From assembly GCA_039621445.1 (NCBI GenBank), contig CP154954.1, positions 29,211,411 through 29,275,410 of the forward strand: 64,000 nucleotides of DNA, written 5' to 3'. Origin of the DNA: Euglena gracilis. Lineage: Eukaryota. Position 1 is the first letter of the stretch; each line of letters begins with the position of its first letter. This document shows, piece by piece, positions 1 to 12,652 of this stretch. Under the pieces are notes generated by a model. It did no database searches. It had not been told where the DNA came from and saw nothing but the letters and a program-made list of their open reading frames with translations. The translations under genes and the position numbers were made by a program.

Positions 1-124
1 CCATAATACCAGGTGTTGGAGGAGACGGTGTGGTCGTTGGGGTTGAACCCCTTCAGAGGCCAGAGCCGGTGGGCGTTGCAGGGCCAAGTGATGTCGCTTC
101 TTTATTCCTCCGTTGGTTTATCCT

Positions 125-288
125 CCGTTGGTGGTTCATTTGCTTTAAAGCGCGCGTCACGTTGTTTGTGGGCGCAAATGCGCAAATGAACCACTTGTGA
201 ATTTGTGCAATTTCTGCAGGTAGTTCATTTGCGCATTTGCGCCCACCAACAGCATGACGCGTGCTTTAACGCACGTGAACCATCAACC
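125..288. repeat. Imperfect ~160-bp palindrome
   Basis: GTGGGCGCAAATGCGCAAATGAAC is inverted as GTTCATTTGCGCATTTGCGCCCAC, with arms extending outward. Confidence 0.8.
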
Positions 289-539
289 ATTTACCGGCGT
301 TTGACGGTTGTGCTTTGTCACACCATTTATCGACCATTCAGAACCCATGAACAAATTGTGTTGGTGCGCGCATTTGCGCGCACAAACACATTTTTGTTTG
401 TGCACGCTTTAGTGACAATGAACTGGCACCGTCAACAAACAGTGTGACAAACCCACCGATTTATGTTCCTTGACGGCCTGCTGGTTCGCGCAGACACAGC
501 CCCATTGTCATTGTTTATCAACGGTGTCAGCTCATGGGT

Positions 540-677
540 GTTAAAGCTCATCCCTTGTAGGACAAATTTGCGTTTATGGGCGCAAATGCGCGCACAAACA
601 AAATTATGTTGGTGCGCGCATTTGCGCCCATAAAAAAAATAAACAGAACTTTGTCCTTCAAGGGATGGGCTTTAACT
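540..677. repeat. Imperfect ~140-bp palindrome related to 125-288
   Basis: GTTAAAGCTCATCCCTTG.AGGACAAA / TTTGTCCTTCAAGGGATGGGCTTTAAC arms around a GCGCAAATGCGC core. Confidence 0.8.
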
Positions 678-2210
678 TCCAGGTTCTTTGAACAACAAAC
701 ATGGTTTTGCAGATCCCGGGCATAAGTTGGGTGGGAGACACTTGTCCTCTTCATTCCGCTCCCTGTGGACCCTATTTCTTCCCCTCTGTGCATCCCATGC
801 CAACACGCCCGACACTTACCTTCCTTACCTGATGCCCTTCCCACCACTAGGTATCACGACCCACGTTAGTTAACAAACCACAGAAAACACACGCTGGACG
901 TGCCCGCAAACTCTGGACGTGCCGCAAAGCAGTCCAGCAAACAAACACCCAGGATGCACACTGCCGGCAGTTTGTTGAGCACACCCAAGGACACAGCCGA
1001 AAGGAGCAAGAAGGGCAGTAAGGTCCCGTTCCTTGTTCCGCTTTTTTTTTTTGCGATTTTTTTCACCTCCCGGGGGAACGGTCCCGGGGTTTCGACGTGT
1101 GGAGCCCATTTTCCGTTAACCCCCCAAAACACCATGTGCCAAAAGCCGAGGTCCCACCAAAAAATGCTTGCCAAGCCCCGGAGGGTCACTAATTGACTGG
1201 GATTGACGGACGGAACAAGTCATAAACAATTTTTTTTTCAGCATCTCCTTTCTGTTCGGGCCGTGTCGCCGTGTTTATCTTATTCGGGAGAAGGGCCTCT
1301 GCAACCAGCACCACCAAGTGTTGGGGGTTCGAATCCACAACCTTCCAAGCAAACCTAATTTCTCTCATTTTTTTGCACTCTTCTCTCCTTGTGCGCCGGT
1401 TTTCAAACCCCCCTGACCTTCACAGTCCGGAATCTAAAAATTCGAAATTTCCGCAAATCTGAATTTTTTTGCGCAAATGCCGCAAATCAACTAAAAAAGC
1501 TTAAGTGCAATCCGGCCGCTAAGCACCGGAACTTTTTGGGACAAAGACCCTGGTGCGATTGCCCTCAATCCCCCCAAGCCCTCCCCCTGTTGTGGGTTCC
1601 GGCGGCTGTAACACCCCTTTTGCACTTCAACACCAGGGATCACACTCTTATGACCCGCCAGAAATTTTTTTCGACTTTTTCACAACGGGGGGTGGGGGGG
1701 GGGGGTGGGGGGGGGGGGGTGTAGAAGTCCACCCTCTGGATGCATAGCAAGGCAACTCTTCGGGCAACATGTGCCCGGGGCAGAGCCGGAAAAAAAAAAA
1801 AGCAACAGAAATGGCCATTGTTGACATACAAATAACACCCAGCCTGTGTGCAGCACCATCTAGGGAACACAGTTGAGGCTTCAAAAACGAGGGACTCGCA
1901 ACGGGGGGTTTTGGCCCTTTTTGGGAAAATTCACGTGCCCCGGCGTTCAAACCCAGGGTTTTGAACCTTTTTTAAAATGGTGCACAGGAGAAACACCAAG
2001 ATTGGGCCTGTTCCCAGGGTCCCAACATCGGCAAACGATGCACACGCCAATGTGGAGGGTCTCCGTGGAACCAGAGGGTCAAAAGGGTGGGTTCTACCGC
2101 CGGGTTTCAAAAAGATTGGAAATTTGCGCATAAGTGCAAGCTGAAAATCAAAGCATTAAGTGGGAGTTTGGCCACCTAAGACCCAGGCCAAAGGGCAGAG
2201 GTATCCCAAA

Positions 2211-2694
2211 CAGGCAGTTTTTTAAGGTGGTGCCGACCCCACCCGGGGGGGGGGGGGGGCGTGCCTGGGCCAGGCTGTTTTTTACCAACCCCGGGGGGGG
2301 GGGGGTCCGGAGTGCCTTGGGGTGCCTGCCCAGGCAGGCACTACCCCCCCCCCCCGAGGGGTCGGATCGGGAGTGCCTTGGAGTGCCTGCCCAGACAGGC
2401 ACCCCCCCCGGGGATGGGGTCGGCACCCGACTAAAATACGGCCTGGCCCTGGGCAGGCACTCCCGATCCGACCCCCCCCCGGGGGCACACAACCAAAAGT
2501 GACCTACCACAGACCCTGGCGCCAAATGCGCCGGGGAGCCAAAAATGGCTTATTTTGAAAGGAATGTGCCTGGGCGCAGGCAGAAATCCGACCCCCCCCG
2601 GGGGGGTGTGCCTGGAGTGTGTGGAGTGCCTGCCTGGGCAAGGCACTCCGGACCCCCCCTCCCCCTCCCCCCCGGGTTGGCAAAAAAAAGCCTG
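2211..2694. mobile_element. hAT-type MITE
   Basis: CAGGC..TTTTT / AAAAAGCCTG ends; perfect 8-bp TSD ATCCCAAA (2203-2210, 2695-2702). Confidence 0.88.
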
Positions 2695-3365
2695 ATCCCA
2701 AACGGTTTCGCATCTTCTGGATGTCCGAAAAAAAGCGCATTTTAGGTGTATCACAGGTACACCACAGGGTGTACGCTTGGCAACTCTCCACCCTCCCTCC
2801 TTGCATGCAAATTTAACAACACTGGCCCCGGCGCGCGGTGCATGAGTTCCATGTCTTGGTGTCTCCCCTTGATGTAGGGGTGGGGGGAATAGGGCGCCTG
2901 GGAATATACTCGATACCTACCAAGCGGGAGTGGGGCAGTGCTCCCATGATGTTGGACACAGGACCAGCAGCCCCTATCCGCTTCTGCACATCAAAGTGGC
3001 GTGGCTCTTTTCATTGGAATTCTGGGATTCCCTGGGTTGAATATGAATAACTCGCAACGTTGAAATGCAAGCATTCAAGATTTGGAAGGTGAAGAGGAGG
3101 AGGATCCACTTCCCCCTTAGCACCATGACCTTGCCCAGCACGCACAAAATGGAGAATTGATATCTGACACCTTTTCATGTGCAACAATAAAATGTACAAT
3201 TTACAGTTCATGGCAACAATACAAAGTCCAACAATAAAACATTTGGCTTTCGTCAAGTAAGTAAAATTCGCACCAAACCATCAAGCACTTTGAATTCACC
3301 ACCAGAGCAACACGCTGATGACCCTTCAGGCCAAGAGGCTCCTTTTCAAGACCCGGGGGGAGGGG

Positions 3366-3793
3366 CAGGGATGGATGGGAAGCCTTGGGGGGGGTCCGCC
3401 GCCCCCCCCCCCCACACGGGGGGGTTGGACCCCCCCGCCTCGAAACTGAAGGGGCCCGGGGTAATTTTTGGTTTCATGGAACGGCAAAGGACCAAGAAAA
3501 ATTTTTGGGCTGGAAACGGGCCAAAACTGGTCAAAAATCCCTTATTTTTCGTATAAATCCAAAAATGGTAAGTTTTTGAAAATTCTTGAACACTTTTTAT
3601 GTGGAAAAACCAAAAAAAAATCGTGGGACATGCTCAAAAATGGAAAAAGGCATCTTTTGCTCATTTGGCGGCGCACAGCGCCGGAAGAAAATTTTTCGCT
3701 ATTTTTGGAACCTGGCAAAGGGGGGCGGGTGGGGGGTCCGGACCTGCCACCTGCCTCAAAACCGAAAACCGAAGGGCTTCCCATCCATCCCTG
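3366..3793. mobile_element. hAT-type MITE
   Basis: TIR CAGGGATGGATGGGAAGCC / GGCTTCCCATCCATCCCTG; 8-bp TSD GGGAGGGG/GGGAAGGG with one mismatch. Confidence 0.82.
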
Positions 3794-6700
3794 GGGAAGG
3801 GAGGCTGCCCTCTAAAGTTCGGGCCATCTGAAGGCATTTTCAAAAATATATTTCTGGCGCTTTGCACGAGAACCCATACCCAATCCCCCAGGCATGCGCG
3901 CTCTGGGGGGGGGAATTAAAAAAAAAGGCTGGTCCCATATGGTGCAAATGCAGGCATGAACAAAACAGCATATGAGTTTAACTGCCATCCATTGTGCGAC
4001 GATGTGTGTCAAACAGAAATGCCCTTTTCTCGTTAAGGGCCTGTATCTATGTCCATGTCAATGGAGATATATTGTCTTTATGTGTATGTGGTTTAATTTG
4101 ACGGCAGGTGGGCCCCACGGGGCAGTCCCACTGATTAAAATTTAACCCAGGTGCTTGTAAATGGGGGGAGGGTCCCGAATGGTTGCAGTGTTGTTGCCGC
4201 CCTGGTGGCAAACTGCGTCCGCGTCCCAGTGCCTTCCCCGTCACAATTTGCAGGGGTGTACAGCAAACACCTATACAGTCAACCGATGCCCAGAAACTCT
4301 TTTTGAGGCGTAATACTTAGAACTTTCTGGAGGGTGAAATACAAAACGTCTGCACCAATAGACCAAAAGAAACCTCGGTGAACAAAAAAAATCAGTATTT
4401 TATGCCATGTTTTTTTCTACACTTGTGACCTCTGTCACTTGTAGAAGAACAAAAAATGACTTGAAAGAAAGATTGGGTCATATAAAATTTAAATCTCACA
4501 GGACGAACTGGACCATTTCGGGGGGGAGGGGGTAAATTTTCCAAAGGAGGTATACCTCCCTTGGCCAATGCCCATCTTAGATCACACCGCCCAGGGGGTT
4601 GCAAATGGTGGAGGGGCAAACCTGAAAGAGTCACGCCCTTCAAACAATGTCAGGAGAGAATGGACAGGCTGGGTCCATCCCTGCAGCGTAACACACCAGA
4701 GGGGGGAGGTAAGATGTAAACAGCAATATAAACACGAAGGGGACAGGAGCCCTGACATCCCTTGCCCTCCACCTCAGCAGAGCAAACCATCAATCCTCTT
4801 ACCACAGCAATATGATTAGCCATGATAAGTTCTATGATATGTGCAACTGCAACACCCCGCAGTGAGGATATTGAACGGGGATGGTGCCTTGAAAGCCAGT
4901 GAGAAGCAAAATGTGTGTATGTGTGTGTGGGTGTGTGGGCAGGCGGGCATGGGTGTGTGCGTGGGCGTGTGAGTGGGTGCGTGCATGCATATGTATTTGG
5001 AAATGTTCAGTGAAAAAAACCTGTAAACAAACAGGGGGTTTCTTAAGAACCTGGGGGGGGGGTCCAGCAGGCTGGAAAAAGGTGCTGGCTAGAACCCCTG
5101 GGGGGAGGTTGGCCGGGGGGGGGGGGGTCGGACAGCTGGCAGGCCGAAATTTTTTCGGTCCAGCGGCTTTGCCAGGCTGCCCCTAACTTTATGTAAGGGG
5201 ACCCTGGGCTCAAGAAAACCTCGGGTAACAAATCTTCAGAAAAGGAATGCCCTGAAATGGAAAAGGATTTCTAGCAAATGGTTTGCAATTTGCCAAGGAA
5301 TAAAGCCCCCCAAAACAAGTTGTTGAGAAAAAGACAGTGACCTCCCCGAATATAAGAAACCAGGTTTTGTGTAGTGCTGAGCCCTTTGCGTGCCTGATGA
5401 TGCCATGGCGCAACAGATGTTTGAAGCCTCTGGCTACCAGGGCGGATCTTCAGCCCGACCTGGCGGCCGGAGGCCCGGCCCCGGCGCGACCGGTGGCCCA
5501 GCCCGGCCCGGCTCAGGCGCACAACTGGCCCTGGCAGTTTATGCGGGGCGATGGAGGGTCCCAAGGGGCTTTATTTTACGTCCCCGGTGATTTCCTTTGA
5601 TTCCCGAACATTTTGGAGATATTTTGAATTTCGATTTTTTTGAACCTGAAATGGCCCGAAAATGGCCAAAACGGGCAGCATTTGGAGCAGGAGTCCAACT
5701 GGCCCTGGCGGCTATACAGGGCGATTGAGGGTCCCAGGGACTTTATTTTAGGTTCCCAATCCACTTTGGAGATATTTTGAAAATCTCGATTCATTTTACC
5801 TGAAATGGCCCGAAAACAGCCAGCCAAAACAGTACAAAATGGCCAAAATTGGCGGGAAAATGGCCGCAACTTGGGCTTGGTGGGGAGTTCGTGAAAAAGT
5901 AAAGCATTGTTGGATAGGGCATTCCAAGGGCTTTATTTTTGGTCTCCGGACATTTCCTTTCATTTTGCTTCATTGTCGGAATATTTTAAAAAAAAATCGA
6001 TTTTTAAAAAACACCATTCTGCCCAACTTTTCTCCGGCGGTAACCTTTGCTCTGACTCTGAAGAGATAAGAGCTCAGCGACCCCCTCTATCATCAACACC
6101 TAAAATATGAGCAACCCTTTGGCCGATTTTCGGCGGACAGCCAAATAAAAACAACCCCTGATTGGACGATGTGAAGGAATTTTCAATGGCATAAAACGGC
6201 CGAAATCAGGGAATTCAAAATATAAGCAACCCCTGGAGCCGATTATCGGAAACCCAAATATAAGCAACCAGTTTCTTGTATTGGGGGGGGGGGGTAATGG
6301 GACAGCTGAATGGGAGAGCATTAAGAACTGCAGCCTTCAGGCGGGGTGTGGGTCATGCGTGTACTTCTCCAGGCAGAAATCTTGGACCGGTCAGGGAACA
6401 GGCAGTGGGCAGGACATAGACCCGCAGGGAGTGCGCCTTTTGCACGCAGGCCATGCTGCAGCCCTGCGCAGGGTGGGGATTGGGTTGAGGGAGGCGCAGC
6501 CCAAGTAGCAAACATGGGGGTCCCAGGGATGGTGCCGGGGACAATCCCCCCCAAAGAAGCAAGAGAGGGAGGGAGGGGACAGGGCGGCAAACAAACACCT
6601 CTTTTCATTAGAATCCAGAATCCTTGAGTCCAAATGATGGAGAATTTGATGTTGGAAACTATCCCTCAACTCGCCTGGAACCGCAAAAAAAAGGGAGGAA

Positions 6701-9700
6701 AATCCAGCCCATCCGCCGCTGTGCACCTGGCTCCCAATTTCACGACCTTCACCCTGTGCAGTGTCCTGCAATCAATCGAGCCACTCACCAGCCTGCGGGA
6801 AGGTAAACAGCATGTTTGGCACAGCTCAACCCATTCCGCCCAAACAATTCCGCACAGCAGAGGGGGGGGGGCAAAAGGAAGGGACTGCCATTGGGGGGCA
6901 GGGACAGCCAGCCAACATCGGCCCGGGCGGCAAACCCTTCTTTGGGTCCGCGCAAGGCAAGGGTGGGGATCCCTTGGGAGGGATATTGACTCGGCAGAGG
7001 GGGAGAGGGAAATCCATCCAGGCAGCCGGCTGGCCCCCGCCGTTCGGTCGCCCACTGGTGCTACCAGCCCCATAACTGGAGAGGGCTGGCATGTTTTTTT
7101 GGGGGGGCTGCTTTGTACCAACCCTGGGCAAGAACCTCCAGAAACTTGGTACTTTGGTGGTGTTGTCAGGATTTGTCAGGATTTGTCGGGATTTGCCAGA
7201 ATCCGCCCCTCCAGAGGGCCAAAAAAAGTGTTGTCGGGATTCGTCGGGGTTTGTCGAGATTTGTCGCTGGAGACCCCGGAGTTGGGGATTGTAGGGGTGC
7301 CCTGGATATAGACAGCCCCATGCGTTGGCAGGGGGGGGGGGAGAACGTTGCCTGAAAAGGGGGGCATTCCTGGGCTTCTGTAGAATTTGTGCCGAAGTGG
7401 CTCACTTCGCTGGGGGGTGTCCTCATAGAACCCATAGGGAGGAAACCTTATGAATTCCTGCGGTTTCTTATCAGTTTTGGGAGGGATTCTGAGACAAAAG
7501 TGGGCACTGTCCAGCCTGTATTGCATGGGATACGTTGAATAAGGGTTGCAGAGAGGCCGGGTGGAGGCTCGGACCCCCCTATGGTCAAATGGGAGAGATG
7601 TCCACCTGAACCGCACCTTAATGTGATGCCCCTGTTTGTCACCCCTTTGGTTGGTGACGGGGGGGGCGACAGTTGGGAGGTTACTATTACTACTGCTCCC
7701 CCCTTTATGTTGTCACTTTCTGCAGCGCACTTTTGCACGCAGTTAGCTTGCAGGGGGGGGGGGCAATTTGAAAGGGGGTGACAAAAGAGGGGGGTCTGGT
7801 TGACGGAGGGGACGTTCACGTGAGAGCATCTTTCTCTTTCTCTTTCCGTCCACTGGCTCCCACCCACCCTCGTGTGTGGCAGGGCCATCGGGAGGGGCAG
7901 CACCATGCGGGCGGGCAGGCTCCATCCAGCAACGCTTCTGGTGGCCCCGGGGGGTGTTTAGCCAACGAGGGGGATAGCCCAGCAGGGGTCCTGGCCCAGC
8001 TGAGACCTGCCCCCCCCCTCCCAAAGCATCTGCATGCGAACGTAAAGTGGGGGGGGGCAGCCCGGTGAAGTGGGGGGGATGGCTTCCGAATACAAAATTG
8101 ACAAATTTGCTGACCACCTTTCAGGGCAGACAAAAAAATACGGTAGACAGTTTGGGGGAAATAAAGTAAACCCAAAATCAATTTTCCAGAATCAACGTAA
8201 TATTCTTTTACTGTAATTCTTGTGCACAATAATTTCTGTCCACCTTGTGTCATGAGTCCATATGACGCTGCCCCAACCTTGGCACACCTTAATATCCGAA
8301 CAAAAAGTGGCAGAGAAACGACGCCAAACATGTTTTCTTTGGGCTTTTCCCATTACAAGACATTCGGTTTCCTTCTCCAGTTGAGCAAAACACATCCTTG
8401 GTCCAACAGACATGACTCTTGTGCATTCTCCTTGTAATTATTGGACGAGAGAGGAATTTCCTGGTGTAGACTGTCTAAACTACCATCTCCCAATGCCCAG
8501 CTTAAACATGAAATTGGCTCATATTGTTTTGGCAAATGTTTTGCCCAAAAAAATCCGACCAGAGTAATCTTGTCTAGCAAATGACAAAGACATAAGCAAT
8601 AAAAAACGTCTGGGCAAATAAATGCCCCTATAACCAGCCCATTCACTTGCTGATGGGATAAAGTATGCCTCCATTGTTTTTATAATATAAATCCTTCGAC
8701 GCTGTGGTAAATGACTGAGACTGGAATTCGACCACAAACGTTTGATCAGGACTCCAGACCAAATCTTTTTGTTCTGAGGGAACGCCATTCATTCAACACT
8801 CCACTGATACGAACACTCAATGGCCCAAAATGAAAACCTCCCGCTTTTTTCTACCTTGGGAATCAACGTGCACGCTTTGAATTTGGGCGAGGGAGTGAAT
8901 CTGTGTGTCGCCCAAATGGATTTTTCCACACGTCAGTTGACTGTGCCTTCTGGGGTGCAAAACAAGCTGGGCCTGGCACTGGAATGTTGGGATTTGGGTC
9001 AGAAGAGAGGATGTCTGGGCAGAGAGGAGGAAGGGAGGCTGGAGGGGGGGGGGGGGGGCGGGGGCGCAGTGCCCGAGATGCATTTTTGAATGGATCCGAA
9101 ATCAACACACCAATTGGGGAAAATTGGCGAAAAATGGGAAAAAATTGTTGGTGCACAATTTTTTCTCCCCTGGGTATCCTGGTGGGGTCCAACCCCACTG
9201 GGACTGGGTACCTTCTTCCATCGAACTCAGCCAGTTGTTTGATGTGTGGAAGAGATCTTCGAAAGATAATTTAGCAACATTGCATGTGTCGTTAAACATT
9301 ACTCAAACAAAGCACCCAAAAAAATAATATCACCACGGGACCTGATTTTGGTAGCCCAATGTGATATCCCCCCCCCCCACACTGATGTCAAGAAAAACAT
9401 GTGCTTTGTGATGGTTGGAATAATAATATTTTTGTAAAAAGATTTTCATGATTTCAGCCACGTTCTAGTTGGAAAGCAAAAATGCGCCTTTCTGAGACAT
9501 AAAAATTGCACCAAAGATGGAATTTGACAAAAATATATAAACCCGACCCCCCACTTATAACCCCCCCCATCCTATAACCCCCCTTCCACTTATAACCCCC
9601 CCCCTCGGGCCCAACCACTAAACCGTGGCTTATAACCCCCCCCCCCCCGGGAAGACATGAGAAGGCAAAGAGATCCGCCAAGGCTGTAACCCCCCCACTT

Positions 9701-10379
9701 ATAACCCCCCCCTTGGGGCCAACCACTAAACAGGATCCTATAACCCCCGGGGGGGTTATAAGTGAGGGGGGGGGGGGGTTACAACCGATTTCAAGGTCAA
9801 ATTCTGCCACAGAAAAAGACAAAAATTATTTAATAATATCCCCCCAAACAATATCCCCCCCTGGGGATGGACTCCACATAATGTTTCAGGGGGAATATCA
9901 TTTGGGGGGTTATCTCCAAAAAAAGCAAAAAAAGGCGAAAAATCTCTCCCATTTTTCACATCCCAAAGAAATGCAAACCACAAAAACAAATGAAATATTG
10001 CCTTCCTGGCGCAACCAATTCCGACAAGCACCGGTGGGGGAGCGGTGGCAGAGAGCGGTGGCCAGCAACTGCGGCGCCACCATCGCGGCCTCAATATGCG
10101 GCACGGCGCGGCCTCCGCTTGCCCCGCCAAGCCCTGAGGCGGGAGGCAGGCGGGTAGGTAGGCGGGGGGGGGGGGTGGAGGGCAGCGTGGAAAACTGTCA
10201 ACTGGCTTTGTAATTGTCAACTTGCCTTGGCACACTGCGCAGTGTTGGGCACATATACGATCCATTGAAGCCTCTCTGCGCCTGGGCGAAAATGGCTGGG
10301 TTCAGGCAAAAACAAGAATAATCCAGCACACAGACACACAAGCCCACGGACACATGCTTAGGTGTCAAATGAGGTCATG

Positions 10380-10588
10380 CATGCCAATACATACACACAC
10401 ATGCACACAGATAGACCTTCCCATACATCAATCACCTGCAAACACAAGCACATACACACATACAGACACAAGCACATCCATGCATGCATGCACGCAAACA
10501 TGCACACGCACGCACGCACGCACACACGCACGCATGCATGCAGACACACACACACACACACACACAGGCGTGCGGACACCCACACCCA

Positions 10589-10620
<32 letters not shown>
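10380..10620. repeat. (CA)n/(CACG)n microsatellite
   Basis: Direct reading. Confidence 0.95.
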
Positions 10621-10621
<1 letters not shown>

Positions 10622-12414
10622 CAGTTGTCCGAATTATTGTCCTTGTTGATGTCATTGAAAACACCAGAGGGCATAGGGGGACCGCCCCAGTCCTCTGGGT
10701 TGCCTTGGGTAGGTGGCTGTGCCTGTTGTGGGTTACCCTTGTACAGTGCCTGGGGACCCTCGTTGCCAATATCAGCAGGGCCCGGCAGGACACCTGCAGA
10801 GGGGGGGAGGGGGATGAGTGTCTTGGCAACCGGGAATTTTGTTGCTGATGGGGTGCACATCCGACGACCAATGATTTGACAAACTGCGAGATGTTCCGAT
10901 ATTTATAATTGTACATGAGTGCAATACTGGGCAACAGTCTGTAGGAACTGCAACCATCGACAATGGGTTGTGGGTAGGGCGTGGTGATGTTTCTGCACTG
11001 CAGCATCAACGTTGTGTGGCACTGTGGGACAAGAATCTTATAAAAACTAAAATGACTTTTTGAAAGAAGAACCACCCGTGAAAATGATTGCAATATGGGG
11101 TGACTTTGGTCATTTTACCTGTCTTTTTTTGGCCAAAATTGAGTGGTGTTTCCACCCACATCTCAACATGTCTATGACAATGGCCACATCATCTGTACAA
11201 AAAAAAAAGCTGCTAAATGCAGCAAAAAAGTGGTCCAAAATAGCCACAGATGGACAAAAACGCCAGAAGCAGCCAAAACAGTGAAAAATGGGCCAAAAAA
11301 AAAGGTGGCTGAAAACGGGCCAAAGGTTGACCTTAATTGCCAAATGCAACCCAAATGGCCGAAGGTGGCAAAAAGTGGCCTAAAATGGCCAAAAAGTGGC
11401 TCAGAACAGCCAAAAGTGGCCGATTTGTAAGAAACCAGCAAAAAAAAAGAACCAGAAAATAGGGTTCGGTAAAAATTTGTGAAAATTTCACAAATGGGAA
11501 TGGTTCTTCTCACACAGTGTACGTGATGCGCCACGTGGTGCGCCACACGGTGAACGCGGTGTCACACGCGGTGCGCACGGTGTGGGGGCATTCCCTGTGC
11601 AGGAGTGCCTGGTGGGGACGTTGACCTCTCCCCAGGGTTTTTTATAAAAGGGGGTGGGACGGGTGGGTTTGGAACCCCCCCTGGTCAAATGGGTGGGGTG
11701 GGACCACGGCCAAAAAGGCCAAATTTTCACCCCGGCGCTTTTTGTGCAGGACCTTTGGAACTTTTGGGGTAAAGATTTGTAAAAAAAAATTCCAAAAAAA
11801 TTTCAGCGCAAAGAGAGGACTGGCAGCACACCAGAACAGAATCATGAGGAGGCATCTTTTTCCCTGAACTAAAATGTGTTGCGTGGTGCCTTGATGGGGG
11901 ATGTGATTGTGGTGCGATGGGAAACGGTGTGCTGTGGTGGCTGCTGTACTACAGGGGACGGTGCAGGAAAAAACTGTGCTCCGATGTCGGAAGCTGTTCA
12001 GGATGTGTTGTGAATATTTGCTGGTGCCTAGTCATATATAGGGGTGAGCCAGACCTGATGACAATGGGGAAAATGTTGAAACGAGGGGGAAATTGGAGGT
12101 TGTAGCAGATTTTCAAAACCCAGGGTTACACTTCAATATATTGCTTCTAATTGTAAACTGTGCGGGACTAGCATTGACGAGAGTGGTGAGGGGGGGGGAA
12201 CACGAAATTGGCATGTTCAACAATCTGGAAAAAAGTGGATGCGGCCCAGCCACAATCAAACGACAGAGCCAGAACAGCAACAAGATAAGAGTCCAGGAGG
12301 TGTCAGAGCGCAAGAGAACCAAGAGAACCAGATTGACCATAACCACCCCCCCCAGATGGGAGGATCAGGTCAGGGTGCCTTGGGGCACCCTGGTCTGACC
12401 TTGGGGCACCCAGG

Positions 12415-12652
12415 TTATCCACACTTGAAATCCAGCCTGTCTAAAGACGAAGCCCCTAACGAGGAGAGCCACCACGACCGACAGGGGTTGGGACAGGGCG
12501 GGCATTGGGACAGCGTCAAGCAGCGACAGGAGCAGGGCGAGGCTGAGGGGTACACACCCTGCACTCGGTCCCACAGTGAGCCGCCCCCTTTGCCCGGCTT
12601 TCGGCTGGGGAACCCCGGCGGGTTCGAGTAGTCCTCCGCCGCTGACACCTCC
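12415..12652 (-). CDS. Probable last exon (EVSAAEDYSNPPGFPSRKPG...)
   Basis: CCAG acceptor, GC-rich coding-like island on the same strand. Confidence 0.4.

Noticed and set aside
10222-11093. Long His/Thr and Cys/Val ORFs
   Set aside because: They are translations of a (CA)n microsatellite.
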